Source of the DNA: Candidatus Krumholzibacteriia bacterium
GTDB taxonomy: Bacteria > Krumholzibacteriota > Krumholzibacteriia > JAJRXK01
DNA length: 64,000 nt
Assembly (NCBI GenBank): GCA_041484665.1
Contig: JBGPIA010000002.1
Span: forward strand, 64,001-128,000
Direction of reading: 5' to 3'
Part shown: positions 53,754-64,000 of the stretch, piece by piece
How positions within the stretch are numbered: the first letter of the stretch is position 1
How the letters are laid out: every line of letters begins with the position of its first letter
Notes under the pieces: model-generated
Told to the model about the DNA's origin: nothing
Databases searched by the model: none
What the model saw: the letters and a program-made list of their open reading frames with translations, nothing else
Position numbers and translations under genes: made by a program

Positions 53754-56054
53754 GTGAATCCGCTGTGGATCGTGTTGGTCGCGGCGTTGCTGGGCAGCGC
53801 CGCGCTAGGGCCGTTCGTGGACCCCGCCGGTCGTCTGGCCGCGGGTGTGGGTGCCGTCGCGCTGGTGTGGCGTGCGCGCGGGCTGGGCGGCAGCACCGCG
53901 GTGGTGGCCTGCGGGCTCGCGCTGGGCCTGTGGTCCGCGCTGCGCACAGCGGATCCGCTGCGCGGGTGCGCGCGCTGGCAGGGCCAGGAGGTCGCGGTCC
54001 GCTTCGCCGTGGAGGGTCGGGTGCTCCACGGCAGCGCGGCGGGTTGGATCGCCGCCCCCGGACGCCCGCCGGTGCGCGCGTGGCTGACCGGGCTGGGGGA
54101 GGGGCACGGGCCGGGCTCGGCCGGCGCCGCCCGCGCGCGCGTGCGCTCCGTCGACCCACCGCGCAACCCCGACGACCGCGACGCGCGGCGCGAGGCCCTC
54201 GGCCGCCGCACGCTGCTGCGCGCCCGGCTGCTGGACGCTCCCGCTCCGCTGCGCCCGCCAGCGCCGGGACCAAGGGAGCGCCTGCGCGCTCGCGCCGTCG
54301 CCGTCTGGCGGCGCGGTCTGGGTGAAGGAGCGGAGCTGTGGGCTGCGCTGCTGTTGGGCGAGCGGACGGACTTCGATCCGCGGGCGAGCGCTCGCTTCCG
54401 CGCGCTGGGGCAGTTCCACCTGCTCAGCCTCAGTGGCACGCACGTGGCCCTGGTGGCCGCGTTGATGGTGGTGCTCACGCGCCGGTGGCCACGCCTGCGC
54501 GGATGGGGCGTGCCCGCGATCGTGCTGCTGTGGTCGGCGCTGGTGGGTTTCATCCCGGCGTTGGCGCGCGCGGTCGGGATGATGCTGTGGCTGCAGCTGG
54601 CCCGGCGGATGCGGCGCCCCGCGCGCGGGCTCGACGCGCTGGCCGCCATGGCGCTGGTCGAGACGGCGTGGCGTCCGTGGAACCTGACGGGGCTGAGCTG
54701 GTGGCTCAGCTACGCCGCCACTGCGGGACTGCTGCACGGCGCCAGCGCGGCGCGAGGGCGCGGCCGTCTGCGCCAGGCGTTGTCCATCTCGTTGGCGGCG
54801 CAGGCGGCCACGCTGCCCTGGGTGCTGGCCGCCTTCGGGCAGGTGCCCTGGAGCGCGGCAGTGTGCGATCTGGTGCTCGCACCCTGCTTCGCCGTGCTGA
54901 TGTGGATCGGCGCCCTGGCCGGAACTCTCGCGGTGGCGCTGCCACCGCTCGCTCCCGCAGTGCTGGCCTGGCTCGCGCTGGCGACCCACACCGCGGGCGC
55001 GCTCATGCTGGGGCTGGCGCGCCTGGCGCCGCCCTTGTGGGGGCATCCCGGAATGGTGGGCGCAGCCTGGAGCGGGGCGCTGGCGATGGTCGCCGTCCAT
55101 CTGGTGCCGAGCCTGTTGCCGAGCCGGCGAGCGCGTGGGCTGGTGACTGCCGGGCTGCTGCTGGCCGTCCACGCGTCGGTGTTGCGCGGCGACTCCGCGC
55201 GGTGGGCCAGCCTCGACGTCGGTCAGGCCGACGCCGGCGTTCTGCGCGTGGGGCGCCGCGCATGGCTGGTCGTGGATGCGGGTGACGCTCGCGCCGGCCT
55301 CGACGCCGGCGCGCGCATCGTGGCGCCGTATCTGGCAAGGCGCGGCGCGTGCCACGTGACCCTCGCGCTCACCCACGGGCATCTCGACCACATCGGTGGC
55401 GCACCCGCGTTGCTGCGCAGCGGCCGCATCGTGCGGCTCGCGCTGGCGGCTGCCGACAGCAGCGCGGCGTGGACGCGCCCCCTCACCGCGTTGGCCCGCC
55501 CGCGAGGCATCACCATCCGCTGGCTTGCCGCCGGCGACACCCTGCACGTGGGAACCCAGACGACCGCATGCTGGTGGCCTCCCCCCGTGGCGGCCGGGCT
55601 GCACGCCAACGACCGTAGCCTGGTGCTCGCCGTCGACCTGCGGGCCGGAACGCTGCTGCTCGCGGGAGACGTTGAGCGCGCGGGCGAACGACGGATGCTC
55701 GCCGATGGCGTGGGCTCCGCCAGTGCGCCCCTGCCCGCGCCACTGGTGCTCAAGATCGCCCATCACGGCGGAGACACCAGCAGCGACGCGGCGTGGCTCG
55801 ATTGGCTGCGTCCGGCCGCCGGGTTGATCTCGTGCGGCGCCGGCAATCGCTACGGGCATCCCCACCCCGCTACACTGAGGCGTCTGCAGCAGCACGCGAT
55901 CGCAGTCTGGCGCACCGACACGCAGGGGGCACTCGTGCTCCGCGTGCAGGGCAATCGCCTGTGGCTGCGGGCGGTGCGTGGCCCGGCGGGCTGGGAGGCC
56001 GTGGCGTCGCCCGAGATCGGCGCTGGCGCGAATGGCCGCGGCCCGCCACCTTGA
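53754..56054 (+). CDS. comEC: ComEC/Rec2 DNA uptake protein
   Basis: ALLLGER, F...G..HLL.LSG.HV, LSY.AT, LDVGQ.D, THGHLDHIGG, ND.SLV, LLAGD.E, HHG, ISCG.GNRYGHPH, RTD.QG. Confidence 0.9.
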   Translation: MNPLWIVLVAALLGSAALGPFVDPAGRLAAGVGAVALVWRARGLGGSTAVVACGLALGLWSALRTADPLRGCARWQGQEVAVRFAVEGRVLHGSAAGWIAAPGRPPVRAWLTGLGEGHGPGSAGAARARVRSVDPPRNPDDRDARREALGRRTLLRARLLDAPAPLRPPAPGPRERLRARAVAVWRRGLGEGAELWAALLLGERTDFDPRASARFRALGQFHLLSLSGTHVALVAALMVVLTRRWPRLRGWGVPAIVLLWSALVGFIPALARAVGMMLWLQLARRMRRPARGLDALAAMALVETAWRPWNLTGLSWWLSYAATAGLLHGASAARGRGRLRQALSISLAAQAATLPWVLAAFGQVPWSAAVCDLVLAPCFAVLMWIGALAGTLAVALPPLAPAVLAWLALATHTAGALMLGLARLAPPLWGHPGMVGAAWSGALAMVAVHLVPSLLPSRRARGLVTAGLLLAVHASVLRGDSARWASLDVGQADAGVLRVGRRAWLVVDAGDARAGLDAGARIVAPYLARRGACHVTLALTHGHLDHIGGAPALLRSGRIVRLALAAADSSAAWTRPLTALARPRGITIRWLAAGDTLHVGTQTTACWWPPPVAAGLHANDRSLVLAVDLRAGTLLLAGDVERAGERRMLADGVGSASAPLPAPLVLKIAHHGGDTSSDAAWLDWLRPAAGLISCGAGNRYGHPHPATLRRLQQHAIAVWRTDTQGALVLRVQGNRLWLRAVRGPAGWEAVASPEIGAGANGRGPPP

Positions 56055-56079
56055 CGCCCGCCGGGGCGCACCGTATCCT
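56051..56079 (+). promoter_or_regulatory. Sigma70 promoter of purC-purH-guaA
   Basis: TTGACG-N17-TATCCT. Confidence 0.65.
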
Positions 56080-56166
56080 GCGGCCGCCCGATCGGGACCG
56101 CGCACGTCATCCGTCATCTCCCTTCGATCCCCAACGCCATCCGCCTCGCGGCGCGGCGTCTCCACC

Positions 56167-57074
<908 letters not shown>

Positions 57075-57078
<4 letters not shown>

Positions 57079-58589
57079 ACGCACAGCGGCCCCGGCGCGC
57101 CCTCCTGAGCGTCACGGACAAGAACGGCCTCCTGGCGCTGGTCGCGCGGCTGGTCGCGCACAATTACCAGCTCGTGGCCAGCGGAGGCACCGCGGCGGCG
57201 CTGCGCGCCGCTGGGCACCCTGTGATCGACGTGCGCGCGGTCACCGGGCAGGACGAGATCCTGGGTGGCCGGGTGAAGACGCTGCATCCGGCCATCGCCG
57301 CCGGGATCCTCGCGCGCACCGCCGAGGACCTCGCGGACACGGGGTTTGCCCCCATCGATCTGGTGGTGGTCAATCTCTACGACTTCGAGGGGGCCGTGGC
57401 GCGCGGCGCGGCGGAGGAGGAGCTCGTCGAGGCGGTGGACATCGGCGGCCCCACGCTCCTGCGCGCCGCCGCGAAGAACTGCGAGCGCGTGACGGTCGTC
57501 TGCGACCCGCGCCACTACGACGCCCTCGCCGCCGAGCTGGCGGCGCATGCGGGGGGCACCAGCGCGGCCTTCCGGCGTCGCATGGCGGGCGAGGTCTTCG
57601 CGCGCACCGGCGCCTACGACTCGGTCATCGCCCGCGAGCTGTTCGCCCAGCACGGCGTTCCTGCCGGAGCGCGCGCGCTGCGATACGGTGAGAACCCGCA
57701 TCAGCTCGGCTGGTGGAGGGTGGAGGGTGGCGGCGATCTGGACGCGCTGGGGCTGCACCTACGGGGAGGCAAGGAGCTCAGCTACAACAATCTGCTGGAC
57801 TTGGTGGCGGCGCTGCAGCTCGCGCTGGATTTGCCGTCGGCCGCGTGCGCAGTGGTCAAGCACACCAATCCGTGTGGTGTGGGACTGGGCCGGTCCCCCG
57901 CGCAATCGCTGGAGCAGGCTCTGGCCTGCGACCCCCTGTCGGCGTTCGGCGGCATCGTCGCTCTGCGCGGCACGGTGGACGCGGCATGCGCCACGGTGCT
58001 GGCCGCCCGCTTCCTCGAGGTGGTGGCCGCCGACGGCTACGACGCGGACGCGGCAGAGCTGCTGGCGGCCAGGAAAAACCTGCGCTGGCTGGACGTGGAC
58101 TGGGAGCGCTCTGCGGTCCGGCTGCGGGGGAGCGAGCGCCGCTTCGGGCGCCTGCTCGTAGGACAGCAGGACGACGACGGATTCCCGGAGCTGGCGGCGT
58201 GGCCTCACGCGGGCGGCCCGGTCCCCGATGCGGCGGCGATGGCGGCGTGCGCGCTGGCGTGGCGCGTGGCCAAGCACGTCAAGAGCAACGCGATCGTGCT
58301 CGCGAGCACCCAGCAGACCCTCGGCATCGGCGCCGGCCAGATGAGCCGCGTGGACAGCTGCCGTCTGGCGGTGCGCAAGGCCCAGGACGCCGGGCTGACG
58401 CTCGCGGGATGCTCGGCGGCCAGCGACGGCTTCTTTCCCTTCCCCGACGGGCTGGAGGTGCTGGCGCAGGCCGGCGTGGCGGCGGTGCTGGCCCCCGGTG
58501 GCTCGATTCGCGACGCAGAGGTGGCGCAGGCCGCCGATCGGCTCGGCGTTTCCCTCGCGCTCTGCGGGCGCCGCCACTTCCGCCACTGA
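57075..58589 (+). CDS. purH: Bifunctional AICAR transformylase/IMP cyclohydrolase
   Basis: RALLSV.DK.G, GGRVKTLHP, DIGGPT.LRAAAKN, LRYGENPHQ, GKELSYNN, KH.NPCG, KHVKSNAI, GQMSRVDS, ASDGFFPF.DG, RHFRH. Start inferred at CTG 57075. Confidence 0.96.
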
Positions 58590-58620
58590 GCGCTGGGGCA
58601 AACGATCCAGGAGGCCCGCC

Positions 58621-60162
58621 ATGCGCAAGCGCCCGACCGTCGTCGTCGTCGACTTTGGCTCCCAGTTCAGCCAGCTCATCACGCGTCGGCTGCGCGAGCT
58701 CGGCGTCTTCAGCGAGCTGCTCCCGCCCGAGCGCGCGGCGGAGGTGGCGCAGCGCGATCAGCTGGCCGGCGTGATCCTCTCCGGCGGGCCCGCGAGTGTG
58801 CGCGAGGCGGGCTCGCCCAAGCTGCCGCCCGAGCTGCTCGCGCTGGGCGTACCCGTGTTGGGCATCTGCTACGGCATGCAGTTGCTGGCGCAGGAGCTGG
58901 GCGGCCACGTGGGGTCGGGCGAGAGCCGTGAGTACGGCGACGAGCAGGTCGACGTGCAGGAGGGGGGCATCCTGTTCCACGCGACCCCCGCGCGCCAGCG
59001 GGTGTGGATGAGCCACGGCGATCACGTCGACCGCGTGCCGGCTGGTTTCCGGGTCCTGGCGCGCTCCACCGCCGGCACGATCGCCTCCATGGCGGACGAG
59101 GGGCGCCGGATCTACGGCCTGATGTTCCATCCGGAGGTGAGCCACACCGAGTACGGCATGGACCTGCTGGAGAATTTCGTGCGCGGAGCGTGCGGCGTCG
59201 TCGAGGCGTGGGACCACGGATCGTTCCTGGAGGAGCAGGTGGAGGCGATCCGCACGCGCGTGGGCCAGGAGCGCGTGCTCTGCGCCGTGAGCGGCGGCGT
59301 GGACAGCAGCGTGACCGCGGTGCTGGTGGAGCGTGCGGTCGGGGCGCAGCTGACGGCCGTATTTGTGGACAACGGGCTGCTGCGCCAGGACGAGGCCGCG
59401 CGCGTCACCGAGCGCCTGCGCGGGCTGCTGCACGGGCAGCTGGTCGCCGTCGACGCCGCGGAGCTCTTCCTGGCCGAGCTGGCCGGCGTGGCCGACCCCG
59501 AGGAGAAGCGGCGCCGCATCGGGCGCACGTTCATCGCGGTGTTCGAGCAGACCGCGCGCGAGCACGGTCCCTTCCGCTTCCTGGCACAGGGAACGCTCTA
59601 TCCTGACCGCATCGAGAGCCTCTCGGTGCGCGGCCCCAGCCACACCATCAAGACCCATCACAATGTGGGTGGCCTGCCGCAGCGCCTGGGCTTCACGCTG
59701 ATCGAGCCCCTGGCCGAGCTGTTCAAGGACGAGGTGCGCGCCATCGGCGCGCGGCTGGGCATCCCGGCAGACCTGCTCCACCGCCACCCGTTCCCGGGGC
59801 CGGGACTCGCCGTGCGCTGCCTGGGCGAGGTGACGCGCGAGCGGCTCGATCTGCTGCGGCGCGCGGACGCAATTTTCCTCCAAGAGCTGCGCGAAGCCGG
59901 TCTCTACGATCAGATTTGGCAGGCAGGCGCGGTGCTGCTCCCGCTGCGCTCGGTGGGTGTGATGGGGGACGCGCGCACCTACGATTGCGTGGTGGCGCTG
60001 CGAGCGGTCACCAGCACCGACGCCATGACGGCCGACTGGGCCCGCATCCCCGAAGCAGTGCTCGCCCGGATCAGCAACCGCATCGTGCGCGAGGTGCGCG
60101 GGATCAACCGCGTCGTCTACGACGTCACGAGCAAGCCGCCGGCGACCATCGAGTGGGAGTAG
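58621..60162 (+). CDS. guaA: GMP synthase (glutamine-hydrolysing)
   Basis: DFGSQ, ILSGGP.SV, PVLGICYGMQ, VWMSHGD, FHPEV.HT, SGGVDS, IKTHHNVGGLP, RHPFPGPGL, VVYDVTSKPPATIEWE. Confidence 0.98.
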   Translation: MRKRPTVVVVDFGSQFSQLITRRLRELGVFSELLPPERAAEVAQRDQLAGVILSGGPASVREAGSPKLPPELLALGVPVLGICYGMQLLAQELGGHVGSGESREYGDEQVDVQEGGILFHATPARQRVWMSHGDHVDRVPAGFRVLARSTAGTIASMADEGRRIYGLMFHPEVSHTEYGMDLLENFVRGACGVVEAWDHGSFLEEQVEAIRTRVGQERVLCAVSGGVDSSVTAVLVERAVGAQLTAVFVDNGLLRQDEAARVTERLRGLLHGQLVAVDAAELFLAELAGVADPEEKRRRIGRTFIAVFEQTAREHGPFRFLAQGTLYPDRIESLSVRGPSHTIKTHHNVGGLPQRLGFTLIEPLAELFKDEVRAIGARLGIPADLLHRHPFPGPGLAVRCLGEVTRERLDLLRRADAIFLQELREAGLYDQIWQAGAVLLPLRSVGVMGDARTYDCVVALRAVTSTDAMTADWARIPEAVLARISNRIVREVRGINRVVYDVTSKPPATIEWE

Positions 60163-60233
60163 GCGCCCCTTGGGGGCGCTCGCGCCCCGGCGTATCTTGA
60201 GCCCATGGGCACCCCGCATCCCCGCCGCGCGCC

Positions 60234-63218
60234 ATGAATCCCCCGCACCTCTGCCCGGGCTGCTCCCCTGCGGCCGCGCCGTGGCCTCGCCGCCGCTCGC
60301 CTTGGGCCCCGCCCGCTCTGCTGCGCTTTGCGGCGCTGGTGATGCTGTTGATCGCGCCGGCTGCCCGCGCAACGACGCTCTCGCCCAGCCATCCGGTCTG
60401 GCGCACGCCGGGCGTGGACCTGGACGCGCTGGCGCGCGAGCTGGGGCGGCTGCGCGAGACCAGCCGTATCCCGCTTGCGTCGCCGCGCGCGAGGCCCGCG
60501 TCCGCCGCGCCGCAGGGCAAGCTGCGCCTGGGCCCGCAGATGCTGGCAGGGCCCGCGGGAACGCCGTCCTATGGTTCGCGCGTGCTCGTGATCCCCGTGC
60601 TCTTCGCCGACGGCCCAGCGGACCCACCGGTGGCGCGCGAGGAGCTGGAGCGACGGCTTTTCGATCGCGCGGCACGGGCCAGCTACGCTTCGTTCTTGGC
60701 CGACGCCAGCCGCGGCGCGTTCACGCCCGCGGGCACGGTGGTGCCCTGGATGCGTCTGCCGCAGACCCGCGGGTACTACTCCAACGTGCGCGACGGGGTG
60801 GCCGTGGGCAACGCTGGACCGCACCAGATGGTCCGCGACGCCGTCTGCGGCGCCGCCCGGTTCGTCGACGTCAGCAGCTTCGACAGCGACGGCCCCGACG
60901 GCCTCCCCGGCAGCGGCGACGACGATGGACGCATCGACCTGCTGCTGGTGCTGCAGCCCGACGTGGCGTTCGAGGTCGATCCCTCCCCGCAGGGCAATCG
61001 CTTCCTGTCGCACATGGACCGCGCGCCCAGCGCGGCGATCCATGGCGAGTGCGGCGTGGGCGCGGACCCCTACGTGATGGTCTCCGCCCAGGGGCCGCTG
61101 GGAGTATGGGTGCACGAGACGATGCACCTGCTGGGACTCGAGGATCTCTACGATGTGAGCGTGCACGACGCGCGCACCGTGCGTCGCGGGCTGGGCATCT
61201 GGTCGCTGATGGCCGACGGCGCGTGGGGCGGTGGCGGCGAGCGGCCCAGCGATCTCGACGCCCTCAGCCGCTCGCTCTTGGGCTGGGGGACGGAGCAGGA
61301 CGTCTCCTCGGGCGGCGCGTTCGTGCTCCCCCCGTCGGAGACGGAGCAGGCTCCCTGGCTGCGGCTGTGCCCGCTGGGGCCGTGGATCGGGGAGTCCTTC
61401 CTGTTGGAGGTGCGCCGGCCGCGCCCGGACCGCACCGCCGACTCCGCGCTGCCGGGCGCGGGCGTGCTACTGTACCACGTCGACGACGCCTTCCCGCTCA
61501 ATTGCATGTCGCCCACGACGTGCGGGGCCGAGCCGGGCGCATGGGTCGAGCTGCTGCAGGCCGACGGGCGTGGCGACCTCGAGCAACGGGTCAACTGGGG
61601 TGACGCGACCGATCCGTACACCGGAGCCGCGGGCTCCGACCGCGCGGCGAACGACACCGACCCGTCGACGCGTAGCCATCATGACGACGCAGAGCACGTC
61701 CCCCCCGTGATCGCGATCGGTCCGGCGGATGGCAGCGGGGCCCACGCCGTCACGATCACGCTCGCGCCGACCCCGCGGCTGCGCCTGTTGCGCGCGGTCT
61801 TCCCCGACGCCGCCACGGGGCCGCGTGTTTGGCTTCGCCCTGGGGAGACCAGTCCGTGGGACCTGGCCTTCCGCGACGCCGGACCGCCGGCTCGGGTTGC
61901 GCAGGTGCGCGTGCTGGGCGCGGACCCCGACGTGCAGATCCTGGGATCGGACCCGATCGTGCTGCAGCTGGCCGGAGGCGAATGGAGACCCGCCGACTCG
62001 CTGGCCGTGCGCACCGCCGCTGCTGCCGCGCCCGGCACGGCGCCTGCAGTGCGCTTGGGGCTGAGCGTCGACGGAGGCGTCGAGCGGGTGCTGGAGCTGG
62101 GCGTCCCCATCGGGTTCTTGCCGGGCCTGGCCGGCGAGGCCTTCAACTCCTGGACCCCAGAGGCGCTGGCTGCGCCGGCCACCCCGACCGTGTTCGTGCC
62201 ACTTGCGGTGCAGGAGCTGCCGCTCCCCGCGGTCGCGGGATGGCAGACGCTTGCCAACGGCGCGCCGGGCTACGCTCCCGACGCGGATGTTGCGCTCTCC
62301 AGCCCGTGGTTTGCCGTGCCCGCGATGGGCGAGCTCGTCTTCTGGTCGCGCATGGGATCGGAGGGGGGACAGCCGGGCGAGGCGTGGGACGGGGGCGTCG
62401 TGGAGCTGTGGGATCCCGAGCATGGATGGCAACCGGTCGTGCCCAGCGCGGGTCCGCTGGTGCGCATTGCCCACCGGAGCACGGCCGCGACGCGCGGCCG
62501 CATCGGCCTGGGCGCGGGCCCGTGGCCATGGTCGGGAGTGCGCGCCCCGCTCCCGGCGGCCCCGTGGCCGGAGCGCGTCCGTCTGCGCTTTGCCTCCAAC
62601 GGCGCGATCCAGAAGCAGGGGTGGGGACTGGCGGCCGCGGGAACCGAGCCGTCGCCTGGGTTCGCGACGTTGCGCGTTACGCGCCCGCCCGGCGGGAGCC
62701 CGACCGTTGATGCCGAGATCAGAGGCGACCTGCCCGGCATCGCGACGGTGCGGCTGGCCTGGCGGGAACCATTCACGAGCGCGTGCGATACCTGCTGGAC
62801 CGCTCTGGACCCGGTGCGCGCGTACACCCCGTCGTCGCCGCGGGTGAGCTTCCCCTTGGTCTTGCCGCAGGAGGTGCGCATCGCGACCCTGGGGCTGTTC
62901 AGCGTGGAGGCGCCGCGCATCCTGCTCGGCACCGCCGGATATCGTACCCCGGATCCTGCGACCCTGCGGCTCGCCGCCGCTCCCAATCCGGCGGTGGACG
63001 TCATGCAGATCGAAGTGGCGCCGCAAGCCGCGGCCCAGGTGTTGCGCATCCACGACCTGCGCGGCCGCCAGGTGCGCTCCGTCGTGGTCCCCCCGTACGT
63101 CGTGCTGGCGCCGTGGGACGGGCGGGACGACCGGGGCACGCGCGTCGCCAGCGGCGTCTACGTGGTCTCGCTCGATGGTAACGCGAGCGTGCGGCTGGCG
63201 GTGACCTTCCTGAGGTGA
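60234..63218 (+). CDS. Secreted M6/immune-inhibitor-A-like zinc metalloprotease with C-terminal FlgD-Ig/T9SS-type domain
   Basis: Signal peptide, VLVIPV.F.D, D.DG.....DDDGRID, VHETMHLLGLEDLYD (HExxH), G.WSLM..G.W, GVLLYHVD, LLQADG..DL. C-terminal PNP...IHDLRGRQVR...WDGRD..G..VASGVY. Confidence 0.85.
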   Translation: MNPPHLCPGCSPAAAPWPRRRSPWAPPALLRFAALVMLLIAPAARATTLSPSHPVWRTPGVDLDALARELGRLRETSRIPLASPRARPASAAPQGKLRLGPQMLAGPAGTPSYGSRVLVIPVLFADGPADPPVAREELERRLFDRAARASYASFLADASRGAFTPAGTVVPWMRLPQTRGYYSNVRDGVAVGNAGPHQMVRDAVCGAARFVDVSSFDSDGPDGLPGSGDDDGRIDLLLVLQPDVAFEVDPSPQGNRFLSHMDRAPSAAIHGECGVGADPYVMVSAQGPLGVWVHETMHLLGLEDLYDVSVHDARTVRRGLGIWSLMADGAWGGGGERPSDLDALSRSLLGWGTEQDVSSGGAFVLPPSETEQAPWLRLCPLGPWIGESFLLEVRRPRPDRTADSALPGAGVLLYHVDDAFPLNCMSPTTCGAEPGAWVELLQADGRGDLEQRVNWGDATDPYTGAAGSDRAANDTDPSTRSHHDDAEHVPPVIAIGPADGSGAHAVTITLAPTPRLRLLRAVFPDAATGPRVWLRPGETSPWDLAFRDAGPPARVAQVRVLGADPDVQILGSDPIVLQLAGGEWRPADSLAVRTAAAAAPGTAPAVRLGLSVDGGVERVLELGVPIGFLPGLAGEAFNSWTPEALAAPATPTVFVPLAVQELPLPAVAGWQTLANGAPGYAPDADVALSSPWFAVPAMGELVFWSRMGSEGGQPGEAWDGGVVELWDPEHGWQPVVPSAGPLVRIAHRSTAATRGRIGLGAGPWPWSGVRAPLPAAPWPERVRLRFASNGAIQKQGWGLAAAGTEPSPGFATLRVTRPPGGSPTVDAEIRGDLPGIATVRLAWREPFTSACDTCWTALDPVRAYTPSSPRVSFPLVLPQEVRIATLGLFSVEAPRILLGTAGYRTPDPATLRLAAAPNPAVDVMQIEVAPQAAAQVLRIHDLRGRQVRSVVVPPYVVLAPWDGRDDRGTRVASGVYVVSLDGNASVRLAVTFLR

Positions 63219-64000
63219 TGACGCCACGGCGATCCTCGTCGGGCGTGCGGCGCCTGCGACTGGCTGTACCAGCACGCCGCGCGCCCAAGCGCGGGCGCGC
63301 CCGTCGCTGCGACGCTGTGCGGGTGGCAGCGGCTGCCACGTCACGCCTCGCTCCACCAAGGCAGCCGGCGACGATCGCTACGCTGGCCGCGCTCGCCGTG
63401 CTGGCGACGTCTGCGCTGGCGCGCGCCGACCCGCCCACGCCAGGCTCGGTGCCCGTGCCCGCCGCGCGCATCCTGCTGCTGGGGCTGACGGCGATAACGC
63501 AGGGGAGCCCGCCCATCGACCCGGCGGACCGCTACGCGATCGGGGTCGCGCTGGCCGACTCATCGCTCGTGGGCGCGGCGCTGCGCGATCCGGGCTGGCC
63601 GGCGCCGTTGCGCGCGTGGTTGCGCGCCAGGGAGCTCGCGCAGGCCTCGGAGTGGTTGGGAGCGGCCGTCGCAGCGCGCGAGGCGCACGCGGGCTGGCGC
63701 GCCGACTCCACGCTGGCCAACGAGCCCGCGCTGGTCGTGGCGCAGCTCGATCGCGACGCGGTGCGCTTCGCACTCGAGTCGCAGGACTCGACGATGGCGC
63801 AGACGCTGCTCGCCGCCGCGCTGGCGGACCACACCGGCGACGCGCGCTGGCGGGCGCTAGCGGCCGCCTGCGACCGCGCCTGTGGCCGCGGCCGCCGCGC
63901 CCGGGAGGGCTTCGACTCAGCCTGGACTCAAGCAGACGAGACACAGCGGCGCGATGCGATCTTCGCCGGACGTGCGTTGGCGTACGCAGACGCCGGCGAT
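63218..64000 (+). CDS. Exported alanine-rich helical protein (3' end truncated by window)
   Basis: Frame is open from ATG 63218 to the window end, with a hydrophobic segment ending in ALARA. True start uncertain; no family recognised. Confidence 0.5.
   Translation, partial: MTPRRSSSGVRRLRLAVPARRAPKRGRARRCDAVRVAAAATSRLAPPRQPATIATLAALAVLATSALARADPPTPGSVPVPAARILLLGLTAITQGSPPIDPADRYAIGVALADSSLVGAALRDPGWPAPLRAWLRARELAQASEWLGAAVAAREAHAGWRADSTLANEPALVVAQLDRDAVRFALESQDSTMAQTLLAAALADHTGDARWRALAAACDRACGRGRRAREGFDSAWTQADETQRRDAIFAGRALAYADAGD

Noticed and set aside
56080..56166. Purine or ZTP riboswitch in the purC leader
   Set aside because: The leader is short and I could not identify the conserved aptamer elements. 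An Infernal/Rfam scan would be needed.
60163..60233. Genomic island or attachment site at the guaA 3' end
   Set aside because: guaA is a known integration hotspot, but no integrase, direct repeat or compositional shift follows. Only a short 7-bp hairpin is present.

Overview
This is a very GC-rich bacterial chromosomal window. Inference: a diderm, probably FCB-affiliated but outside Bacteroidota, judged from a PorV-like barrel and a protease with a T9SS/FlgD-Ig-type C-terminal domain. About 1-46.7 kb is one large flagellar supercluster: flgH-I-J-N-K-L-fliW-csrA; an oppositely oriented fliC-flaG-fliD-fliS-fliT block; a GNAT plus a GT2-TPR gene (candidate flagellin modification); flgM; two histidine kinase/sigma54-activator pairs; flgBC-fliEFGHIJ-motE-like-fliK-flgD-flgE-flbD-fliLMNOPQR-flhB-flhA-flhF; fliA; two HDOD genes; and a CheY-like regulator. 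The remainder holds a third sigma54 activator, a PorV-like barrel, a ThiE/TenI-like gene, a LysM lytic transglycosylase, a diguanylate cyclase, comEC, purC-purH-guaA, an M6-like metalloprotease and a truncated exported protein. A sigma70/sigma54/sigma28 promoter hierarchy and a CsrA hairpin over the fliC ribosome-binding site can be read from the DNA. The main oddities are: no motA/motB in the usual flbD-fliL slot, no flhG, a GTPase-degenerate FlhF, no cheA/cheW/MCP, a minimal flagellin combined with hook (FlgE) and junction (FlgL) proteins that carry duplicated extra domains, and a sensorless kinase with an altered H-box. All calls come from motif recognition by eye; no database searches were run. 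No RNA genes, CRISPR arrays or mobile elements were seen.
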